Virus record (IMG/VR): IMGVR_UViG_3300028327_000833
Span: 98,516-152,642 of that record
Reading direction: 5' to 3' (one strand)
DNA from: a virus
Lineage: Duplodnaviria; Heunggongvirae; Uroviricota; Caudoviricetes
Length of the DNA: 54,127 nucleotides
This document shows, one piece after another, positions 43,923-52,348 of this stretch. The position numbers and the translations under genes are program-made. The notes beneath the pieces are model-generated. The model was not told the DNA's origin, did not search any database, and saw only the letters and a program-made list of their open reading frames with translations. Numbering within the stretch: position 1 is the stretch's first letter; each line of letters starts with the position of its first letter.

Positions 43923-46679
43923 CCGAACGTTGAACATATTGTCTTTTGACGTATTAAGGTTAGACGTATTCATGCCCGGATTGAACCTTATCATATAACC
44001 ATCTGTCGTTGGCGCACTCGGATATGGTGTAGACGTCCAGAATTTTGCATACGCGCCAATACTCGAATAGAAGTTATTCGATGACGGAGGAGTAACAGAA
44101 GTCGTGTCGCCTCCCGGTAAGACACAAAACCCATATCTATCTATTCCGTTATTGTTATTTGACCACCCGATGGTAGACATAAGGGATTTTGATACTTGCG
44201 TATTCCCGTTGGCTAACGTATCTCCATCTCCTATTATAGCTACTCGAAGATTAAACCACTCTGCATTAGTGGCTACGTGCCAGCCCGGAATACAAGCCTG
44301 TAGTGCTCCATCAAACGTGTATAACAGTCCATAATGACCGTAGTTTATCCGACTCCTGTCATACCACACTGCCTTTGTAGTGTCGTTTAGGTTATACTCC
44401 AAATTCTGCGCTAACCAAATGTTCCCGTCAGGCATACGTACTGTTCTGTATACCTTATTATCACGCGAGTCTTTTATGTACCCGAATATATCGCCCGTTA
44501 TTGACGGAGAGCCACCACCTCCAGACTGCGCAGGTGCGACGAACAGGCCGCCATCACTTCCTGTAGTTATTTGGTTATTCGCGTCGGTTGATACGGATGT
44601 CGCGCCCTCTATCCTTGCGAGGGTCTCGGTGACTATGCCACCGGAGTAGTTCATTCGCATTACCCTATATGTGCCGCTGGTCGCCACCGCAACTAATACT
44701 CTGTTGCTGTAGGCGACACTTAGCCAACTATTATTTTCCGTCGCCGCGACCGCTGTCCACGTTTGCCCGTTATCGGTGGAACGCATTACTCTGTTTGCGC
44801 CGGTACTCGCCACCGCTACAAATACCCCATTGCCGTAGGTGACACCGAACCACTGATTATTTGCAGCAGCCGCGACCGCTGTCCACGTTTGCCCATTGTC
44901 AACGGAGCGCATTACCCGATTTGTACCGTCATACGACACCGCGACGAATGTCCCGTTGCCGTAGGTGACACTGTACCAACTATTATTTGCAGCAGCCGCG
45001 ACCGCTGTCCACGTTTGCCCATTGTCAACGGAGCGCATTACCTGATTTGTACCGTCACCCGCCACCGCTACGAATGTCCCGTTGCCGTAGGTGACACTGT
45101 ACCAACTATTATTTTCCGTCGCCGCGACCGCTGTCCACGTTTGCCCATTGTTAACGGAGCGCATTACCCGATTTGTACCGTCATTCGACACCGCTACAAA
45201 CACCCCATTGCCGTAGGCGACATTGCGCCACTGATTATTTCCAGTCGCCGCAACCGCTGCCCACGTCGCCCCGTTATCGGTGGAACGCATTACCCGATTT
45301 GTACCGCTATTCGCCACCGCTACAAACACCCCATTGCCGTAGGCGACACTGCGCCAACCATTATTTTCAGCCGCCGTAACAGCCGTCCATGTTTGCCCGT
45401 TGTCAACGGAACGCATTACCCTATTTGTGCCGTCGGTCGCTACCGCGACAAACACCCCATTGCCGTAGGCGACACTGACCCACTGATTATTTTCAGCCGC
45501 CGCGACCGCCGTGTTGTTTAACACTATCTCCTCCACCCTCTTGACCAACGCCAAATACCCATTTGTCGTCATTGCGGTCGAAAGTATCAAGTCTCCAACT
45601 TGAACTTCCCGCCCTGCCGGAGGTGTAATTTCTACCATATCTTTCTCGCCGCCGATGGCAGTATTCAGCGCGGTGGGCGTAGTGTAGACGGAATACCCGT
45701 CCCTGCCGTCTTCGACATGCGTTTGGTCAGGCAGCGTATACTGGCCGCACACGTCAAGTTTAGTGTATCCGTAGTAAGTATTCGCACTGCCGTGCCACAG
45801 CATAAAGTATATCGTATAGGCTTTAAACATAACATCGCCGGGATTGACTTCGCCGTCGTTAATCATATCCAGCACGCGCTTGCCGTTTATCCAGAAGTGG
45901 GCGTTTGAGCTAATCGTCATCTCGACTTCATTAGTCTCGAAGAGGACGTCGCAATCAAACTGTACCGGAACTATCAGAGGCCGTCCCACTATCGGCGGCA
46001 GAAACTCCGCTTGGTTATTGTTGCCCGCTTTCACAAGCCCTTCGGAGACATATAAACGATCCCACGGCAGTGAATTTATCCACGAGTGCGGATAATACCT
46101 CGAAGCTACTGGACGCCATTGCCCGTCGGACGTCAGAAACGCCGAACCGTCCGCGCGATTCATCTGCGTATCCGCCTTAACGCCCGTATCCTCGCCGTTG
46201 ATTATCAGCCTGCGCTCGTACAACTCACTGGGCGCGTGGTCGTCAAGACTGAGTGAGGCTTCGGGCGAGGCTGACCCCCAAAACCAAATTAAAGCCATCT
46301 GAACGTCTTCCCACACTTCAACCGCGTTCTCGCCGTCGCCCTCGACCCGCCGCACCGCCGTTACCGCGACGAACCCGTCGCCGTAACGGCTCGGATCGAC
46401 GCCCGTGATCTCGCCGTACTCGTTGTAGCTGGCCCCCCACTCGACGGCTTTTTCGCGGGTGTAGAACCAATCTTTGGGAGACACCTTGCCCCACAAGTCC
46501 CCGTTGCCGATGTCGAAAGTGCGGTTCTCCGTTACCGCGGGAGCCCACATGACTTTGACGTCTACGGCCGCCGCCGAACCGCCGCCGTTCTGACCGACGA
46601 GGGCGTCGACGGCGTCTTTATTGTACCACTCTTGCTCTAATTTACGGCTTTTGATTAAACCAGGAACCGGTGCGTTCAT
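43908..46679 (-). CDS. Tail fibre / receptor-binding protein: seven 42-aa beta-propeller repeats and C-terminal FISUMP (Fib_succ_major) domain
   Basis: Repeats WxSVxYGNGxFVAV...RVMRSxDNGQTW; DSRDNKVYRTV...WLAQNL...YGLLY...GWHV...FWTST...NVRLVKD; ATG 46679 with SD GAGG. Confidence 0.85.
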   Translation of the reverse strand: MNAPVPGLIKSRKLEQEWYNKDAVDALVGQNGGGSAAAVDVKVMWAPAVTENRTFDIGNGDLWGKVSPKDWFYTREKAVEWGASYNEYGEITGVDPSRYGDGFVAVTAVRRVEGDGENAVEVWEDVQMALIWFWGSASPEASLSLDDHAPSELYERRLIINGEDTGVKADTQMNRADGSAFLTSDGQWRPVASRYYPHSWINSLPWDRLYVSEGLVKAGNNNQAEFLPPIVGRPLIVPVQFDCDVLFETNEVEMTISSNAHFWINGKRVLDMINDGEVNPGDVMFKAYTIYFMLWHGSANTYYGYTKLDVCGQYTLPDQTHVEDGRDGYSVYTTPTALNTAIGGEKDMVEITPPAGREVQVGDLILSTAMTTNGYLALVKRVEEIVLNNTAVAAAENNQWVSVAYGNGVFVAVATDGTNRVMRSVDNGQTWTAVTAAENNGWRSVAYGNGVFVAVANSGTNRVMRSTDNGATWAAVAATGNNQWRNVAYGNGVFVAVSNDGTNRVMRSVNNGQTWTAVAATENNSWYSVTYGNGTFVAVAGDGTNQVMRSVDNGQTWTAVAAAANNSWYSVTYGNGTFVAVSYDGTNRVMRSVDNGQTWTAVAAAANNQWFGVTYGNGVFVAVASTGANRVMRSTDNGQTWTAVAATENNSWLSVAYSNRVLVAVATSGTYRVMRMNYSGGIVTETLARIEGATSVSTDANNQITTGSDGGLFVAPAQSGGGGSPSITGDIFGYIKDSRDNKVYRTVRMPDGNIWLAQNLEYNLNDTTKAVWYDRSRINYGHYGLLYTFDGALQACIPGWHVATNAEWFNLRVAIIGDGDTLANGNTQVSKSLMSTIGWSNNNNGIDRYGFCVLPGGDTTSVTPPSSNNFYSSIGAYAKFWTSTPYPSAPTTDGYMIRFNPGMNTSNLNTSKDNMFNVRLVKD
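44655..45515 (-). repeat. Intragenic 126-bp tandem repeats (7 units)
   Basis: GTCCAC anchors at 44755, 44881, 45007 (period 126). Confidence 0.9.
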
Positions 46680-46728
46680 AAGCGCCTCTCTTACGGAAAA
46701 AGTTTCAGAAGTCAATCAAGTCTAAAGT

Positions 46729-46869
46729 TTACTCCGGTTTCTCCGGCCAAACAATGTTGTACGGATAATCGGGATGCTTCTCCGGGTGATGGCCGTCGGT
46801 ATCCCGCAGGTCGCTGCGATACTTCGCCCAAGCCGCCCGCTGTTGCGCGGAAATCGGCGCGTCATCCAA
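46729..46869 (-). pseudogene. C-terminal half of a tail-fibre assembly chaperone
   Basis: Not in track; DAPISAQQRAAWAKYRSDLRD...YPYNIVWPEKPE matches the WxxYRxxLRD...WPxxP signature; N-terminal half missing, only a TTG start. Confidence 0.6.
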
Positions 46870-46891
46870 ACGTGGAACGGCGCGAAAAAAC

Positions 46892-47374
46892 TTAAGTTAT
46901 CGGCTCGAAAACCAAGTCGCCCCATATATCGTCTTTTAAAGCGTCGATCGTTACCCCGGAAGACGTCAACCCGCCTCCCGCGGTAATTACAGGGATTTCG
47001 TCTCCGTGAGAAGAGCCGAGCTTATCGATTTTATTGGAAAGATCGACCTTCTCGAACACGTGGAACAGCGCCCAAGCAAGCGCGCCGGTCTCCTCGTTGA
47101 TTCCGGTGATCTGATAAATCGCCGCGTCGCCTCCATTAGTCTCGTCCGCCCGCACCCAAGTGAAATCGTTGACGGTCGGCGCGACGGTGAAACCTGATTT
47201 ATTGGTCGGCAAGACGGCCTTGGTCGCTACCGACGCGGGAACGGTTTTGCTTCCGAGATCGGTCAGATTTTGAATCCTCGCGCGCAGGTCAGCAGTCAAC
47301 TGATCCACATACGCGTCGTTGTACCACGACTGCTCTAACTTGGTGCTGCTGATTTTACCTATAACTGTAGCCAT
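46892..47374 (-). CDS. Tail-associated protein
   Basis: KLEQSWYND motif shared with 46679 fibre; TVNDFTWVR module shared with 32017-34044; SD AGGAGG. Confidence 0.65.
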   Translation of the reverse strand: MATVIGKISSTKLEQSWYNDAYVDQLTADLRARIQNLTDLGSKTVPASVATKAVLPTNKSGFTVAPTVNDFTWVRADETNGGDAAIYQITGINEETGALAWALFHVFEKVDLSNKIDKLGSSHGDEIPVITAGGGLTSSGVTIDALKDDIWGDLVFEPIT

Positions 47375-47405
47375 AACCTACCTCCTTATTATAGTTTAAG
47401 AATTT

Positions 47406-47684
47406 TTAGGTTAATTCCTCGAAAACTAAATCGTCGCCGCCGCCTCCGCCTCCCGAACCGACAGCGGGATCGGGAATGAAGTTATCGCGCGCAATCCCGC
47501 CCACAAAGCGGTAATACCGCTGTTCGGATTTAATGTAGATCTGGAGACCGTCATACCGGCGGGCGTTCGATACGCCGCCCTGAGCCGCAGGCAGAAAAAC
47601 CGCGTCCACGGTTTCGTACAGCAGCCTGTCATCCACCGGCTCGCCGTTGCCTATCTTAAGCCCCCCGCCCAAAGAAATCGCCAT
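47406..47684 (-). CDS. Small tail-associated protein
   Basis: PVDDR...RYDGLQIYI...YY pattern; ends DLVFE like 46892-47374. Confidence 0.55.
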   Translation of the reverse strand: MAISLGGGLKIGNGEPVDDRLLYETVDAVFLPAAQGGVSNARRYDGLQIYIKSEQRYYRFVGGIARDNFIPDPAVGSGGGGGGDDLVFEELT

Positions 47685-47698
47685 AAAAACCTCCTATT

Positions 47699-48589
47699 TT
47701 AGAACACTGCTTTAAGCGTGACTCCGGTCGTCGGGCCGGCAGTCCACAGATAGCCCGTCAGACTCTGACCGCCGACTGTTACGGAATTAACCTGCGAGAA
47801 ACTGCTTAACGTGGTGGCGGTTAAACCCATGTCAAGAATGTCGGACGGTTTCTGAGTCAGGAAATAGAACGGACGGCCGCCTTCGTCTTCGTCAAGATGC
47901 GGCGTCACAAGCCAAGAAGACTGCGCCTGAGTTTTCGTAACCGCTTCGATGAAATCGAATATCGCGTCGCTTGTCTCAAAGGTTCCGCCCTCAACCGCCG
48001 ACAACTGGCGCGAGTGGTTAATCACCCCGTGATAACCGAACATTCCGGCGGGAGGCGTTACGACGACGGGTCTGTCTATAACCGCGCCGTAACTGACGAC
48101 GATCGTCATCACGGCCACGTTGCCGTCTTCGTTATTTCCGTCGACCGACGAACTGGAAACCGCGCCGCCGCTTCCGCCGGAGCCCGACACGGAAACCGTC
48201 GGAGGATTCTCCGGGTCGAAGTAATACCTGCCGGAGGGCGTAAGCGTAAACGTCGCCGTATAAGACGTTCCTTTGACGGCGGCCGCGTCCGCGGGGCTCC
48301 AAACCACGTCGGCGCGCCACCCGCTTCCGCCCGCCGCGCCTTTTAACGCGCCTCCCGTATACGGGGCGGCGGGGAGCGTGACCGAGCGTACCGCCCTCGG
48401 TTTGCTTGACGGGTCGTCGAGAAGCTGGTTGCCCTTTTCGCCCCACCAATACAGCCCGTCATAGTCTACGTTCTTCGGGACGCACGACAAAAAACTCTGC
48501 GCGCACAAAGACGCGTCAGGCCCCCAGTTCGGGTTCTCGAAAGTATCGGCGCGTTCCGCCTCAAATCCCCAAGGATCGATTCCGCTCAT
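47699..48589 (-). CDS. Putative virion surface protein with Ig-like domain
   Basis: GTSYTATFTLTP...YYF beta-rich domain; SD AGGAG; start 48589. Confidence 0.5.
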   Translation of the reverse strand: MSGIDPWGFEAERADTFENPNWGPDASLCAQSFLSCVPKNVDYDGLYWWGEKGNQLLDDPSSKPRAVRSVTLPAAPYTGGALKGAAGGSGWRADVVWSPADAAAVKGTSYTATFTLTPSGRYYFDPENPPTVSVSGSGGSGGAVSSSSVDGNNEDGNVAVMTIVVSYGAVIDRPVVVTPPAGMFGYHGVINHSRQLSAVEGGTFETSDAIFDFIEAVTKTQAQSSWLVTPHLDEDEGGRPFYFLTQKPSDILDMGLTATTLSSFSQVNSVTVGGQSLTGYLWTAGPTTGVTLKAVF

Positions 48590-48621
48590 GTCTGACTCCT
48601 TTTTATTGAACAAATTTTAAG

Positions 48622-48810
48622 TTACGCGTCCATCCACGGCAGCACGTTGGTGCCGCTCCACTCGTCGGCTTCGGCGGCGTTGTAGAACTCGGTCTGCGCC
48701 TCGGTGACGGCCGGGCCGCAGGTGATAGGATTAAGCCGGCAGTATGAATTGTCCATCGTCAAAGCGTCGACGGACGGAGTCTGCCCAGGTTCGGTAATTA
48801 TATCTTCCAT
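48622..48810 (-). CDS. Small acidic protein
   Basis: ATG 48810 with SD GGAG; late promoter motif 48854-48885. Confidence 0.6.
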   Translation of the reverse strand: MEDIITEPGQTPSVDALTMDNSYCRLNPITCGPAVTEAQTEFYNAAEADEWSGTNVLPWMDA

Positions 48811-48908
48811 AATCGGCTCCTTCAACAGTGTAAGACGGTTTTGCGTTATGTTCTTAAGATAACGAAATATGCGAAAATTAACAAATCCGCGCTTACGCGC
48901 CGCCCGCC

Positions 48909-49658
48909 TCAATATTCGTCTCTCATGTCCGACTGCATATCTATAAGTCTGTCCAATCCAGGGTTAGTCGTGACGCCGCGCCACAATTTAGCGAGATGCT
49001 TGCATAAGGCGGGCGTTTCGCGGCCGTTTCGAATCCTGCCGGGGCCCGGATCCGCGCGCGTCGTCGCGGCGTATTCCACCGACCCGGCAATGCGGCGCTG
49101 GCTTACGTTAAAATTTCTAAGAGCTTTCACGGCATGGTTCGGATACGCCAAGTTATATTTAAACGCTTCGCAGTCGCAGTAAACCTTGCCTTTCATATCC
49201 GGCCGCCAGCCGTCCTTTACCGTCGTTCTGTACACGGCGATTTCCGGGCGATGCTCGGTGCCCTTCGCGGTATTCACCACACGGCCGGTTATAACCAGCC
49301 CCGTTTTGTCGTCGACCAGCTCCGCCTTAACCCCCTCAAGCCGCAAAACTTCCAAATTCGACACGGGAACCTGTCTGCCGTGCGCAAACACGGGCTTCCC
49401 GTTTTTGTCTTTTTTCCAAGCGTTAGGAAAAACCCGCCGAAAAGACAAATCCATGTCGGAGACGTCGGTTCCGATGGAATCGACGCGGCGTTCCCGCTTC
49501 GACCTGGCTATCGACGGGGCTACGGAGGATTCGGCGACCGCAGACGGCTCAGGCGCGGCAGACCGCGCGACGCCGGCATAGCTCTGCCCGTACAGCCCGG
49601 ATCGCGCGGAAACGTCGGGCGTATAGTTACCTCTTTTATTATCAAACATTGCAGGCAT
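48909..49658 (-). CDS. SWIM-type zinc-finger protein; start codon lies inside tnpB element copy 2
   Basis: VYCDCEAFKY...N...ALCKHL; GGAGG-CTATT-ATG at 49668-49656. Confidence 0.75.
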   Translation of the reverse strand: MPAMFDNKRGNYTPDVSARSGLYGQSYAGVARSAAPEPSAVAESSVAPSIARSKRERRVDSIGTDVSDMDLSFRRVFPNAWKKDKNGKPVFAHGRQVPVSNLEVLRLEGVKAELVDDKTGLVITGRVVNTAKGTEHRPEIAVYRTTVKDGWRPDMKGKVYCDCEAFKYNLAYPNHAVKALRNFNVSQRRIAGSVEYAATTRADPGPGRIRNGRETPALCKHLAKLWRGVTTNPGLDRLIDMQSDMRDEY

Positions 49659-50902
49659 AATAGCCTCCATGTTTTTTAACAAAATCGGTTTTGAACCCGG
49701 AACCATATTTTCCGAGGGAGAAACGACCAAGGGTATTCAAGGCGCCGACCGTATCGGCTTTGTCTGCATAGTCACAAGACAGACACCTGAACGCCTCTTG
49801 ACTTAACCGGTTCCCCTTCTCGACGTGACCACAGACCGGACAAGTAGTGGAGTTGTGGAAAGCAGGCACCCGTCTGAGGGAAACACCGTTTTCCTCCGAG
49901 AGCATTTCTACCCTGCTGTCCAGCAACCCGCTTGTCCAGCCGTCGAGAACTGAACGCATATTTTTAGTTAAGCGTCCTTTAACTTTGCTGTTCCGTTTAA
50001 TATCCTTGTTATTTTCAATACAGATTAATTTAGTCTCCTTAAAAGGCAACTCTTTACATGTTTTAGAGACGTAATATTTAATTTCTTTTTTACACTTTTT
50101 CCACGACCTTGAGTTGCGTTTTTTCCGTTTCAGTTTCTGTAAAAGCGGCTTTATCCGGTCGCCGTAAATAACGCCCTCGTCTGAAGTTAAAAGGTTCGTG
50201 GCTCCGGGATCTAAACCTATAATACTGCCTTCCGTTTTCTTAGGGACGTCAGCTTCAAAAGAAAACTGGATGTATTTGTCTGTTAAAATAACGGAACTTG
50301 AAAGTTTGCCTTTAGAGTTCCACTTTTCAAAACAGCGGTTCTTTTTCAAGGGTATCGCTATTTTAACCGCTTTCCTTCTGCTATCGAAACATCTTAACTC
50401 AACTAAAAGATCGAACGCTTCTAATTGAGGGTTAAGGTTTACAGATGCTAAATTGCAAGACAAAACGGCTTTTGTTTTGCAATGTTTAGGTTTCGTATAC
50501 GGCTGTTTTAACTCTTTGCAACTTTTAATCTGGCCGTCTACCATACCATAGGTTTCGGCTAGAGCGACTTGTTTCGCTCTGGCCGTCAGCCACGTTTCCG
50601 GTACTTTGTAATTTTTAAAGACGTCGAATTTAGAGTCGCCGTCTTCTATACGGCTTTTTACAACGTCAATAGCTGAAGTCGCTACGGCGTCATATTCAGA
50701 AAGCAAGTCTTTTATACGGTCAGACTTGCTTCCGGTTATCCACTTCGAGAAGTGGCATTTGACGCTTCTGTTGAACTTCATTTTTCAAGTTCCTTTAAGA
50801 GAGTCTAAAAATTTTAGCCTGACTGTATAGTTTCATAACTCAAAGCTAACACATTTGATAACAAAAAACAATATTTGATAATAAAACCTATAAATGCATT
50901 AA
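49623..50902 (-). mobile_element. TnpA-less tnpB element, copy 2 (1280 bp)
   Basis: Same length and ends as copy 1. Confidence 0.85.
49642..50781 (-). CDS. tnpB: TnpB RNA-guided nuclease, copy 2
   Basis: GLDPG, CIENN, CPVCG...CLSCD, ADTVGALN; roughly 93-94% aa identity to copy 1 by manual comparison. Confidence 0.95.
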   Translation of the reverse strand: MKFNRSVKCHFSKWITGSKSDRIKDLLSEYDAVATSAIDVVKSRIEDGDSKFDVFKNYKVPETWLTARAKQVALAETYGMVDGQIKSCKELKQPYTKPKHCKTKAVLSCNLASVNLNPQLEAFDLLVELRCFDSRRKAVKIAIPLKKNRCFEKWNSKGKLSSSVILTDKYIQFSFEADVPKKTEGSIIGLDPGATNLLTSDEGVIYGDRIKPLLQKLKRKKRNSRSWKKCKKEIKYYVSKTCKELPFKETKLICIENNKDIKRNSKVKGRLTKNMRSVLDGWTSGLLDSRVEMLSEENGVSLRRVPAFHNSTTCPVCGHVEKGNRLSQEAFRCLSCDYADKADTVGALNTLGRFSLGKYGSGFKTDFVKKHGGYYACNV

Positions 50903-50907
50903 ATACA

Positions 50908-52338
50908 TTATTGGCCTCGATAGCCTTGCATGAACGACTGCATTATGCCGCGGTTGCCGTAACCGCCGCCTGACTGCTGATTCGCTTTTTTAAGCATCTT
51001 CAGCCTGTATGCCGGATTGGCCATCTTCGTCATGTTTTTGTACATGGCGCGGTTGTAATTCAGTTCGTCGCGCTCAAGTCCGCGCTGTCCTTTTTCCATC
51101 GCGCGGGCGTGTCTGTTCGCCGCGCTGTGCTTGTCTAAAAATCCGGCGAAACCCGTTTTTATCGCGCCGCTCGCGATGCCTTGCACTCTCTGCTGATGCG
51201 CGGCGTCGGCGGCTTGCTGTTTGGCGGCCTTAATGTCGCGCCCCTGCTGCACTTTCCTGAATCTGTCGGGATTCCGCGCCTGCATCAGCGTATCCTGCGC
51301 CTGTTGCCGCTGGTTCTTCATATCGGCGGTCTGATTGGCGATCTCGGTGTCGCGCTGCATCGCGTTCATCGCGTACTGCTGTTTGTTCTGCGCCGTCCAC
51401 AGCTTGTTGTACGCCCGCGCGCCAGCCAGCTTCTGCTTCGCGGCCGCGGCTCCGGCGTAATTCGCCCGTTTATCGTTCTCGCGGTTTAATTCGACGCCTG
51501 CTTGATTAGTCCTCGTGATATTGCGGGCGTCCTGGTTGACCAAAGTTTTGGCGGCCATGCCGATGCCGCGTCCGATGCCGCCTCCCGCAGCCCTGCGCCC
51601 TTGATTGAAAGCGTGGAACGCCGTCCGCAAGCCCTCGTCCGCTCCGCCCTCGAACAGCTGCACGCCGGCGTAATGGCGGTTTTTCACCGCCAAAGCGTCA
51701 GCTCTGCGTGAATCTCTTTCGGCTTTTCTATGAGTCCGCCGGATCGCGTCTTCGGCGCGCGCGTTGTCGCGGGCTTCTTTGGCCGCCGTCTCGCGTTCCA
51801 GTCGATCCGCCTTATTTTGCTGATGCCGCGCGTACGCTTTGTAAATCGGTTTTCCGACCGCGACGCCCGCTTTACAAAAGACTTTATAAGCGGCGTCTCC
51901 GGCCTTTTTCTTTAACTCGGGCGCTTTTTTACGGATGTACTCCCGCGCCTTTTCGTCGCCCTTTATGATTGTGTCCTGAAGTTTTCCGAAACCGTAAAAC
52001 GCTTTGCGTCCGAGACTTTTTAAACCGCCGTGCTTTTCGGGACGGCTTTCAGGTTCGGGCTCCGGTCGATTTTTATACTGTTTCTGCAGCTCTACGGCTT
52101 TCCCGCGCATATACCGCGCAATTTTAGCGCTCGCGCGACTCTTTTCCCCGTCTTTCCAAGCCTGACGCTTGTCTTTGCGCCCTTGCGCGACTTCCGTGCG
52201 CCACGCGTCGCGGGACATTTTGCGTCCGCTGGGCAGAATTACAGAGTCCCCGCGGTAGACCGGAGCGCCTCCGAAGTCGACGCCGCGTTCGTATACCGCG
52301 CAGCCGTACTGCTCGTTGAATTCGCTGATAAGAGACAT
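50908..52338 (-). CDS. Large basic Ala/Gln/Lys/Arg-rich protein, putative internal virion protein
   Basis: Low-complexity helical composition, AVYE and LFEG motifs; function inferred only. Confidence 0.5.
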   Translation of the reverse strand: MSLISEFNEQYGCAVYERGVDFGGAPVYRGDSVILPSGRKMSRDAWRTEVAQGRKDKRQAWKDGEKSRASAKIARYMRGKAVELQKQYKNRPEPEPESRPEKHGGLKSLGRKAFYGFGKLQDTIIKGDEKAREYIRKKAPELKKKAGDAAYKVFCKAGVAVGKPIYKAYARHQQNKADRLERETAAKEARDNARAEDAIRRTHRKAERDSRRADALAVKNRHYAGVQLFEGGADEGLRTAFHAFNQGRRAAGGGIGRGIGMAAKTLVNQDARNITRTNQAGVELNRENDKRANYAGAAAAKQKLAGARAYNKLWTAQNKQQYAMNAMQRDTEIANQTADMKNQRQQAQDTLMQARNPDRFRKVQQGRDIKAAKQQAADAAHQQRVQGIASGAIKTGFAGFLDKHSAANRHARAMEKGQRGLERDELNYNRAMYKNMTKMANPAYRLKMLKKANQQSGGGYGNRGIMQSFMQGYRGQ

Positions 52339-52348
52339 TTTCGCTCTC

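Noticed and set aside
44655-45515. CRISPR array
   Set aside because: Units are 126-bp in-frame coding repeats with no unique spacers; no cas genes
43908-46679. Complete diversity-generating retroelement
   Set aside because: No reverse transcriptase, avd or template repeat visible in the window; kept only as a hypothesis
46880-46900. Frameshift joining 46892-47374 to the chaperone remnant via the T6 run
   Set aside because: The T-run lies after the stop codon and a +1 slip at ACT-TAA offers no tRNA re-pairing
39376-50781. TnpB as nuclease-dead TldR-type regulators
   Set aside because: All three RuvC acidic residues (GLD, IEN, AD) are present in both copies
39357-50902. tnpB elements as IStrons (group I intron hybrids) that splice out of the interrupted genes
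   Set aside because: Only about 120 AT-rich bp precede tnpB, too short for a group I core, and neither possible right boundary ends in the required G
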